A stretch of 64,000 nt of DNA, from positions 2,725,611 through 2,789,610 of the forward strand of contig CM119271.1 of assembly GCA_051294375.1 (NCBI GenBank), written 5' to 3'. The position numbers and the translations under genes are program-made. Of this stretch, positions 53,601-64,000 are shown one piece after another; position 1 is the first letter of the stretch; each line of letters begins with the position of its first letter. The stretch is from Paraspadella gotoi. Lineage: Eukaryota > Animalia > Chaetognatha. Under the pieces are notes generated by a model. That model saw only the letters and a program-made list of their open reading frames with translations. It searched no databases and was not told the origin of the DNA.

Positions 53601-54273
53601 TTTTATACAGAAAAAAAACCTCAAATCTTAGTGACTGCTAACGCCGCCTTTAGGAAATCCTAAAACTAAAGAATAAAAGATGGAATTCCGATGCAGTGCG
53701 TGTCATAAATAAACAGCTTAAGAAAGTTATTATAGTCAGGTAGTCATGTCATGTAACGTCATATTATGTCATGTCATGTTACGAGAAATACATGTGATAA
53801 GGCAGTCACTGCGGCGCAACACATTGCAATTACCGTTCTTGTTTTAAAGAATAAAAGAAAATTCTTGGAATTCATAAGAAAAAAAAGAGAAAACGAAAAA
53901 AAAGGGGACAAAATTTTCTCCTCCTCCCCCAAAAAAAGACAAAGATGTTGTCAAAGCTTTTTTTACCCTAAAATATCCAACCCTTCTACTTCCTCTCATT
54001 CCCACTTTAAAAAAAAAAGAAAAAAAGTTTCAAGTCTTTCATCTGTCAATTTTCCCTCCCGGTCATTACAGAGAGTGGATCGTTTTTTTTTTTCATATTG
54101 CCTAAAATATTTTTTTTAAAGAAAAAATTGTCAATTTTGCCAATTATATATATATATATATATATTTGTCAATGACGTCTAGTCACGAGACTAGGGTGCA
54201 GTTATCCAGTCAAGAAATCCTCGCCCTCGGCGGACCACTCACGATTTTGACCCTTCTTTATTTTTCTGTCTTC

Positions 54274-54320
<47 letters not shown>

Positions 54321-54397
54321 TTGGGTTTTCGCTAAAAAGATTTTGTGAAAGCTTCAATTGAATCGGTGATGACAGACGTGAAATGAGTCTATTACCT

Positions 54398-54463
<66 letters not shown>

Positions 54464-54902
54464 AAAAAGTGTTGTACTATTTTTCTTATTTTTTCTTTCT
54501 CTTCTTCTTGTCCTCGAATTAAGAGAACAAATGAAGTCGACGACGAATTAATTTGTTTCGACACCAAAAAAAACCGAATTTTTTATTCCATTTCGATTTC
54601 GATCGACAGAAAAAAGAAAAGAAAAACAAAAGGAAACAAATTTAAATATTAAAAGATAAATTTCGGAATAAAATATAGAAAACAATGTCTTTCCCAACGA
54701 AATATAAACAAAAATGAAAACATAAACAAAACAAAAACCAAAACAAAAAATACCCAGACTCCATCCGAAGATCTGATTCCGAACCAACAAAAACCGAAAA
54801 AAAAGAAAGAAAGAAATAAATCGTATGAAATCCAGCAATATACAAACAAACAAACAAACATAAACAAACACACACACACAAAAAAACAAACAAATAAGCG
54901 CC

Positions 54903-56622
54903 ATGACCCATCCGAACGCCATCGACGATTCTCCCGCCATCTCTTCTTCCGGCCAATCCGCCGCCGCGCCTTCCTCTTTAGACTCGATCGCCACGCCCAC
55001 TTTAGCGTCCACACCTTCGCGGCCACGCCCACCGACGTCGACGCGACGGAGACGACGAAGCTTCGCTTCCGGTTTATTCGTTTACGTTTGTCTCTCGATC
55101 CTCGCGTCGACGACAGACGCAGAGTGAGAAAAGAAAAGAAGTCTGTCTGTCTGTCTGCCAGTTTGTCGGTTAATCTGTCTGTCTTTTAGTCTGTCTCTCG
55201 GTCGGTTTGTCTGCCTGTCTCTCTCCGTCTTTCTGTCAGTCTGTCTCTCGGTCTGTTTCCCTCTCATTCCCTGAGTCTTTTTGTCTCTGTTTCAGTCTGT
55301 ATTTTGGTGGGTTTGCATGTCTGTCTTACAGTCTGTCGCTTTGACTGTTGGTTTGTCTGTCTGTCCATCTTTATGTCTGTCAGTCGATCTATCTCTTTGT
55401 CTGTCTGTCTGTATGTCTGTCTCTTTGTCTGTCAGTTTGTCTGTCGGTCTGTTTCTCTGTTTGTCTCTCTCTCTGTTTTTCTGTCTTTATTTCCCAACTC
55501 CACCCCTGTCTGTTTATCCAACGATCCGACAGACTTTCCGTCCTCGTCTTTGTGATTCCGTCCGTCAGTTTTATTCGTCCGTTCTTCAGATATCCGTTCG
55601 TCTTTCTCTTTTTGTCCGTCCATCTGCTTTCCTCTATCGTTGTCATCCATCCACCTAAAAGACCCTAACTTTTCTCCTCTCAGATCTTACCGCGTTGACG
55701 AGACGAATTCTGACGCCGTCAACTTGACGGAGGCGCAGAATCTGGCCTTGCATCACGCCGTCAAATCCATGCTGGGATTCCAGGTGAATAGAGAGAGAGG
55801 GTGGGGAAGGGGGAGAGAGAGAGAGAGAGAGAGAGAGAGTCTATTGTTTTTCAACCCGAGGAGGATTTTATCTTTGACACNNNNNNNNNNAACGCTTCAT
55901 CACGATATTGCTCACGTCGGGAGAACCAAGTTTCCCAGCGATAAAATTTCTATTGTGTTTCTGACGTTGAATTTGACGCAATTCTTCATCGACACAAATG
56001 TTTGACCGGATCAGTCGCTAATTCCTTCCTAACGATTCACGTCGTGCTCTCTCCTAAAGAAGAGCGAGTCTCCGCTGTATCTGTCAGATCGTAAAAATTC
56101 TTTTTTTTTTTATTGGAGTCGATGACATAAAGATATTGACATAAAAGCTTCTTCGACATACTTTTATTGACTTTTTTATGAGATACTTTTCATTACTTAT
56201 TAAATCAACCATAGCAACGACAACGAAATAGTATATTTTAATAATTACTCCGAACAGTTAGTCAAAATTTATCCAATATTTAACCAACCGTGTTATATAA
56301 TTATTGTGTTTTGAGCAATTAGCGAAACACAATTTTTATTTTGTTACAACATTTGGTATTAATGTTCAAACGAAGAAAAAAAATTGTTTTACATAATTTA
56401 ATGTTTTCTATCCCCTCAAGGGCGCCGGTCCAACACCTTCGTCGCGCCGAGCGTCGTCGTCCTCGTCGTCGTCGTCGTCGTCGTCGTCGCCTCAATCGCT
56501 CATCCGCGAGGCGGCGCCTCAGTATCTCCTCTCACTTTACAATCATTTTCGTCACGATGGTGGAATCAAAGATCCGGAAGGAAGAGTCACCAACACCGTG
56601 AGAGGCGTTCACGCGGTTATAA
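54903..56622 (+). CDS. TGF-beta/BMP family ligand, 5' exons (signal peptide and prodomain); the rest presumably lies beyond the window
   Basis: Exons 54903-55123, 55684-55783, 56421-56622, phase-consistent GT-AG. Hydrophobic signal GLFVYVCLSILAS and prodomain motifs AVKSMLGF, AAPQYLLSLY and TNTVRGV, matching the BMP-type LxxLGL / PxYMLxLY / ANTVRSF pattern. Confidence 0.8.
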
Positions 56623-56679
56623 GTGAGTATCGTGTGAAAGTGAATGGAGGTCTCTCTCGTCTTCTCTCTTCCCTCTCCT

Positions 56680-56710
<31 letters not shown>

Positions 56711-57539
56711 TCTCTCTCTCCTCTCTCTCTCTCTTCTCTAACCCTCTGGTCATTAAATTACCATAAAAACGTTTAATTTGTACAACGTGAACTTACTACG
56801 CAGATTTTCATTTGAGAAACCCCCAAAAAATGACAAATTAACCACAAATGAATCTTTGATATGCGATGTCATTTTTTCAAATTACAAAAAAAGTTTTAGA
56901 TCCGATTCTCCGTGGAGATTAGACTGGAACTCTCGGCGCCTCTCTCTCTCTCTCTCCTCTCTCTTCTCTTTTCTTCATCTCTCTTCTCTCTCTTCTCTCT
57001 GTCTCTCTCTCTCTCTCTCTCACTCTCTCTCTCTTCTCTCTCTCTCTCATCTCTCTCTCTCTCAATTCAGTGTCCGTCAATTAAAACGAATTAAAAAGGC
57101 GACGAGTCTTTTTTTTCCTTTTTTCTTTTTTTTTTTTCGCGGGGAAAAACAATTCGACGGCGCCAAAGTTTTGACAGACGAAACATTTTTTTGTAATCGC
57201 TTTAGCGATTAACTAAACCTATAAAACTTTTTTAAAGTTTTTATTTATTTTAATAGTTATAATTATTATAAATTTATAATTATTTCTAGAAAATATTGAT
57301 ATAATAATAACATCGCAGGAAATAGACCAGTATATTATATTATATTATATTTTTTTAAATAAAAATCATGATAATAATATTAATTTATATTCAACCCTCA
57401 ATAGCGATTTACAAGAATTGAGGTAACTACTGGTTCTGATATTTTTTTTTGTTTCTTCTCTCCCTTAATTTCATTCGTATTTTTTCGATTGAATTGTTTT
57501 TCCTTTTAATTTGTCTCTTTTGTTTCAAATTTACGAGAG

Positions 57540-57595
<56 letters not shown>

Positions 57596-58945
57596 AAATT
57601 CGGCAACGACACGATTGTTTTTGTTCTTTATTCTCCCCGAATTTTGGAAGAATATGTAATTATGTATGTATAATAGAGTGTATGTATATTGTATTGTATA
57701 TTGCGTAATGTTTAATACTTTTTGCATTTGACAATCCGGGAAGTAGATGGAGAGGGAATTAGGGGGACATGGCAAGGCTGCGTTAAGATGAATGTAAAAA
57801 CATGGTAACCAATACAAAACTATCACGTACCATCAAGCCGGAATAACTTGGACTAAGAAAACTGTTAGGAGAGAAGAAAACATTGTACTCCCTTTCCTCG
57901 AGCCTGGAAATTCCGAATTAAACAGACGAAATTTTTCTTTCACTGAAACTTCTCGCCTTCTCTCACTTTGGTTCCGGTCTGTGATTCTTTAAAAAAAAAA
58001 GAAAACAAAAACAACTCACCAAATAATTGATTGAAAAATCTTCCAGGGGCCAATCCAAAAGAGAAACCAAGTACAAGATGTTGCGCCACAGTGATTTTAT
58101 AGAGGGCGCGCATTTTCAGATGATTATGAAATTGGTATAACCAATATAAAAATTATTCATTTATTTAATAAGCTATCTTACCCCTGACTTGTAAGCGTTT
58201 TCCGGTTGATCACTTAGCTCTAAAATTTAATTTAAAATATACTTTATTGACTATCATGTGACCTAATCAAGCTATATACTTTATTGACTATCATGTGACC
58301 TAATCAAGCGATTACATAGTATAAAAAATATAACAAGCGTTTAATAATACTTTATGTTTTCTAATTATTAATTGAAATATTTTTTTTTAAATTCTAATTC
58401 CATATTTTCAAAGTATCATATGACTGCACCACTGTAAAACGTATAAAAATATAAAATGTAAAATGTACAACGAATATCTCAAAGCATTAACTAATATAAT
58501 ATAATGATACCAAAACAAAACAAAACAAACCCCCCCCAGTTTCCCGACATCAATTCCCCGGATTGTTGTTGTTGTCGTTGTCGTCGTTTTTCCCGCCAAA
58601 GATCGATCGGAATGTCGTAAAACTAAAACTTTAAACGGTGCCGAAGGAATCGTTTCATCAATGACGAACTTTAACGAAATAAAAAAAAAAGAAAAAGAAA
58701 AAAGAAAAGAAAAAAAAACTGTTCACAGATTAAAATGAGAATTTATTGAGTGCGAGAGAGTTTTACGATCAATTTGAGAGGGACCCCGAGATGTTTAGAC
58801 GCGAGTTTGTTTTTTTTTTCTTTTTCTTTGTAGTTTTTGTTTTTTTTTGTTTTTTTGGTTTTTTTTTGATTTCGTGTTTTTTAATTTTAGGGTTTTTTTT
58901 TATGACCTCGACGAGTTTTTTTGCCAGGGCAGGGGGGGCTCACTG

Positions 58946-59148
58946 ATTATTTTCTAAAAAGACCTCCAGGTTAACGCCCTGCTCCTTCCTCTCCCTGCAT
59001 ATCTCATACACACTGCCTTATTTTCTAAGACCTCCAGGTTAACGCCCTGCTTCTTCCTCTCCCTGCCTATCTCATACACACGGCCTTATTTTCTAAGACC
59101 TCCAGGTTAACGCCCTGCTCTTTCCTCTCCCTGCCTATCTCATACACA
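58946..59148. repeat. 68-bp tandem repeat x3
   Basis: GACCTCCAGGTTAACGCCCTGC at 58961, 59029 and 59097. Confidence 0.9.
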
Positions 59149-60071
59149 TTATACATTAAAAAAAATGTTTTTGTAAAATTTTTCAATGTAAAATACATGA
59201 AGTATGTTAAGAAAAATTTATATTACTTTATACATATGAAAATATAACATTTGTCCTTATGCACATATCCAAGGGGAGACAATCAGCTTTCAAACGCCGT
59301 ATCATTTTATGCAATTGACCATAGTTTAAGAAAATGGCAGTTGGACAAATAAAAAAAGAATTTATTTTAGAGGAGTAAAAGAAAAGTCAAAAGAAAAGAA
59401 AGAAAGGTTACGAGTTTTAGCGATCTTTTCTGGTCAAAAGCCCGCAAGACCATTTACTTATCAGAAAACCTTTCAAAATCGAAATCGATGACGTGACTTT
59501 TTTCGCTCGATTTTGGTTTTTTTTCTGAGGCACCGTGGGGGGGCGGGCACAGTGAGTGGGCCGGGGGTAGGGGTGGTGGCTAGGCTGGAATTAAGGTTTG
59601 GGGACGAGCGTCGGTGAATAGCGTCTGATCAGCTTTAAAAGTTTCTTTCTTTCTTTTGACGACAAATTAGTTCAAGTAAAACCGAATTCCCTAAAAATCA
59701 ATCAATCAATCAATTTGAATCTATGAATGAATCAATGAATGAATCAATGAATGAATTAATCAATCAATGAATCAATTAATCTATCAGACAGGAGAATACG
59801 CGCAGCTTTCACCCAAAAAAACATAAGCAAAGAGGAGTACATTATAAAAAAACAAAGCATACAAAAAATATTCATTTGGCTTTGGCGGCGAATCGAAACA
59901 AAGACTTCGAGTCGTCAAATTCTTTGGCATCGAAAATAAAAAGAAAAAAGTCTCCAGTTTTTTGTGTTTTTCTTTTTTTCTTTGAGATTTCGTTTTCTTA
60001 TTCAAGGATCTCGGTACAGCCTTGATTCCTAATCTATTCAACCCTACATCTTACGGGGATTACACCTGCGG

Positions 60072-60126
<55 letters not shown>

Positions 60127-60534
60127 GTCTCTCTCTATCTCTCTCTCTCTCTCACACACACTAAAACAAACCTTTTAACATTCTATTACTTGCTAAGTTT
60201 GAATGGAAAGAAAACACCTGGGGAAGAAAGTTTGATTTTTAGTCTTTTGAAAAATTTATTTCTTTTTTCTTTCTTTTTATTTCCTTTTCGTTTTCTATCT
60301 TTTCTGTCTTTCTTTCTCCTTTTCTCTCTTTCTTTCTTTTTTTCTCTCTTTCCTTCTCTTTTTCTTTCTTTCTTTCTCTTTTTCTCTCTTTCTTTTTATT
60401 TCTTTCTTTCTTTTCACTTTTTCGTTTTCCTTTTTCTATCTTTTTTCTCTTAAATTTTCTTTTTATCTTTTTTTTTCCTCCTCTTTTTTTCGGAGTTTCA
60501 ATCTTTAAAAAAAAGGATTTTTCGAATTAAATGG

Positions 60535-60624
<90 letters not shown>

Positions 60625-61236
60625 TCTCTTTTTCTCTCTCTCACCTCTAAAAAACCGTTACAAGGATCTCCGCCCCCGGGACTAAGTGGGTCTACAGTTA
60701 GACCAGTTTGCTTTAAGATGCTAAAAAAAAAGATATCTCTCTCTCTCTCTCTCTCTCTCTCCCCTCGTTCCCTCGTCGCCAAAAAATAACAAATATACTA
60801 TTTAACATACAGAGAATCTTTTTCGGATTAAACTAAAAAAAATATCCAATCTGTCCCTCCCCTCTTTGGTGTTTCTTTTGTTCTTTTTTTCTGTCGCCAG
60901 TTCGTCGTCGTTGTCGTCGTTACTTTAAAGAATTATGCTAATGTCTCTCTCTCTCTCTCTCCTCTCTCTCTCATGCAAATAAGCAATCTTTCATCTCTCT
61001 CTTTTTNNNNNNNNNNNNNNNNNNNNNNNNNTCTCTCTCTCTCTCTCTCTCTCTCTCCCCTCGTTCCCTCGTCGCCAAAAAATAACAAATATACTATTAT
61101 ACATACAAGAGAATCTTTTTCGGATTAAACTAAAAAAATATCCAATCTGTCCCCTCCCCACTTTGGTGTTCTTTTGTTCTTTTTTTCTGTCGCCAGTCGT
61201 CGTCGTTGTCGTCGTTACTTTAAAGAATTTATGCTA

Positions 61237-61267
<31 letters not shown>

Positions 61268-62620
61268 ATGCAAATAAGCAATCTTTCTCAAATCTCACTT
61301 GTTTTAAGATGAATCATGACTTTGTAGCTTGTAACCTGTTACGAATGACTGAACAATAAATAAAAATTCAAAAATATGTAGATTTTAAATATCTGCAAAT
61401 TTTTTTTCATAATTGATGAAGGCTTGTCCAATGTCCATTGTGGGCGTGAAAGGCTCATTTTACTTTTACTTTGTCTTGAATCAAAATAACATGGAGAGAG
61501 AGAGAGAGAGAGAGAGAGANNNNNNNNNNNNNNNNNNNNNNNNNGAGAGAGAGTAGAAGAGAGAGTAGAGTAGAGAGCAGAGAGAGCAGAGAGGAAAAAA
61601 ATTATTATTACAATATTTCATCTTACCCAAAACAAAATACAAAAATTATTTCATTCAAAGTAATCAGCGATTTTTATCTTTCAAATTATTACTTCGCTTG
61701 AAACTGATGTCTCTTCGTCAAGATTTCTGTTGAGTTTAAGTAATTTTCAGTATTACTTACCCATTACCGTCTTCCTCGACCCTCCAGCCCCGCTCGCACT
61801 TGATTCCACTTCCACCGCCACGGCTCACCTCTTGCATAACCATCCAGAATCGCTCTATTCTATATAAGAGATCGATTGTTGAAACTTTCATCTCTTATAG
61901 TCGTTTGTTGTCCCTTCACTCTTGTGGTTGGTTAGACATCGAGATCTCTTTCGCATTTCCACGGTAGGAGGACTAGGATATTCGGAGCGACAGTCAAAGG
62001 CACGAGCTGATTCGAGCCTTCTCGGAGGGCAACAGTGAATCGAAGGGCCGAAAAGTCCTTGCCAACCCAAATAAACCGAGACTTGCAGGAAAGAAGAATT
62101 GCTTTCAAAATTACTAAAAAAAATTGCTCTCTGCTTGTCGTCGATCGAAGCCCATTTTTTGTTCGCTTTGTTTTCAGTATTAACGAACGTGATCAGAAAC
62201 TGTACCAAATGAACGCTTTACTCTTCGTCAAAGTCGAGATTTGACTAAAAACGTTCCGGCCAATAGAGGTTTGACCCGTAAAAAACCATTGCATGTAGCA
62301 GTGGACCTAACATGAGGAGGAAACGACAAATGTCCAAAAACTGGCAGACGAGTCGCTGCAGCCGAATGAACAATGAGAATGACCGGTGTCCACCATTTGG
62401 TGCCGTGAATATAACTAAAGAAAGACAATGAAAAGTAAGGCAAGTGCCCACCTAGCCGCAGTAATCTGTCTAAAGACAGTCTTCTTAAGTGACCACGCAT
62501 GTACTTAATATTATAATGCACAGCTTTTTCATTAAAAATCCCGCCTTCACACAGGCCACGCTCTCTTTCAAGTCTAGCCATTGTTACCAGTTTGGTTTTC
62601 CATATTTGCAATTACTTTAC

Positions 62621-62898
62621 TGGTGGACTAAAGATCCATCCTTTCGCGTTGAATCACTCGGCCTAATTGGTGCCTGGATGTTCAAGTCATATCGTCCTCT
62701 CCAATCCTTCATTATTAGGTCCGAGTTCTATGCTTCTGGTGGTCTGCTATCAGTAATTGTATGTGTAGTGGCCTTATCAGCTGTCATTGTTAACTTTCGG
62801 TTTGTTATATTCAGCCTGATCCGAAGCGTCCAGGAGAGCTAGCTATATATTGAGAGGTTCTATCATTAACACATAACTCGTAGATTACTTTTCTCTCA
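62621..62898 (+). mobile_element. Diverged solo LTR of the TRIM family at 28507-29159
   Basis: Colinear motifs TGGTGGAcTAAA..ATCCA, ATTGGTGCC, CAAGTCAT, AGGTCCG..GTTCTA, CAGCCTGATCCGAAGC, TATATTGA..GGTTCT.TCATTAACAC. Confidence 0.7.
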
Positions 62899-64000
62899 TC
62901 GACGTCACTCGCGCAGCGACTAATAAAGGCTGTCAAGTTTATCAAGACGTCCGTCAGCCGACGTGGCCGACGGGGCCCGTTGTGAGACCGTTTTATAAAA
63001 AACAATTCCACCATGTCCCTTTTCCTTCGTTCCGGCATTTTGCTTCGGCCTTTTTGAAAGCCTAATCCTTTTTGTCGTTATTTTTTTTTAGCATCGGTTC
63101 AGCACCCCTCGGGGCCCAGCCAGACACTCCCGCCCCTGCCGGCAGCCCTTCGGTCCTCGTCCTCGTCTCCAGCCTTTCTCTTTGTTTCGACTAGGACGAA
63201 GTTTCCATATTTGTAACAAGGTTTCCTCGCGTCTTTTTCTGCCGTCCGCCATTTTTGTTTCGAAGGCGTGAGGTGACTCGGTTATCTTTTCTTTTCCTTT
63301 GCCCCGGGCGAGAGGTGTTTGAGTTGGCGTGAAGACGAAAGGACAGCCAATGAAGGATAAATTGATCCCGGTTAAACGAAACGCGATTTTAAAACAAAAA
63401 CCTTGTTTTTTATAGTTTTATTAGTTAATTTCATTGAATATCTAGGTTAGTATTGTTATCAACAGGTAAAAATATGAACTGTAATAATATAAATAATTTA
63501 TAACAGTGGATTTTCCTCCCAGTTTTTTTTTAATGAAATAGCGAAAATATTATTTAAATTTAAAATCTAACTGACGTTAAAAACGATATCGCTGTGCCCT
63601 CTTAAAAAAAACAGAGAAAGACTTGAGTTCGTGAGACTCACACACGCCGCGAATTAATCGAATCGACCTTGCACACTTTTTAAACAGCTTCACAACACTT
63701 TTTCTCAAGAGGACTTTCTTTCTGTCCTTCGTTCGGACGCCCTATTGTTTACACTAAAATGTTAATTTTTCTTTTGCCTAATGTCTAGTTCAATTTTTTT
63801 TTTGCCCGTGGAAGTCCGTTCTCCTCCCACGAAACTCACCCATCTCTTACTTCCTTCAATCTCTTCTCTCACATCTTCGCTCTTGCTTCTTCCTGCTCTT
63901 TCTTCTCTCCACCCCTCTTCAACCTCACAACACTTCCAGCATCTCACCATCTCCTAGGGAAACCTTACGAAGGTTCATTTCTTTTTTGCCCTGTTGGACT

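Noticed and set aside
58237-58308. 35-bp direct repeat (similar short ones at ~20953-21012 and ~28221-28271)
   Set aside because: Ordinary local slippage duplications with no associated structure.
58946-59148. CRISPR-like array
   Set aside because: The 68-bp units repeat in full with no unique spacers, there are no cas genes, and the context is eukaryotic.
60725-61290. ~250-bp direct repeat flanking an N gap
   Set aside because: Near-identical overlap on both sides of a scaffold gap is a typical unmerged-contig artefact.
61410-61460. Second hammerhead ribozyme (TTGATGAAGGC...GAAAGGCTC)
   Set aside because: Stems II and III pair poorly, so it is too degenerate to call.

Overview
Eukaryotic (animal-type) nuclear DNA from a draft, locally indel-prone assembly. 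GC/CpG-rich exons sit in AT-rich introns full of (GA)n/(CT)n microsatellites, and there are several N gaps. Main content in order: a ~6.8 kb tandem duplication (~4380-11192 / ~11193-17912, first copy noisy) holding a 3-exon single-pass membrane protein gene and a 2-exon Ser/Thr/Ala repeat protein gene; an intronless gene with two tandem MS4A/CD20-like 4-TM modules (- strand), head-to-head with a ~26-exon CFAP61 gene (~19075-45578, +); an intronless full-length MRP/ABCC transporter nested antisense in a CFAP61 intron; a 4-exon Ly6/LU GPI-anchored protein gene; and the first three exons of a TGF-beta/BMP-family ligand. Most interesting observations: (1) apparent non-canonical GA/GG intron donors plus many AAG acceptors in CFAP61; (2) a miniature LTR retroelement (TRIM) whose LTRs carry a tRNA-like Pol III module; (3) a TSD-less 400-bp insertion ending in 43 nt of a mature, CCA-bearing tRNA-Leu; (4) a Penelope-type minimal hammerhead ribozyme relic; (5) a MITE inserted in a microsatellite. 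Homology calls come from remembered motifs, not database searches. Most ORFs in the supplied track are microsatellite artefacts.
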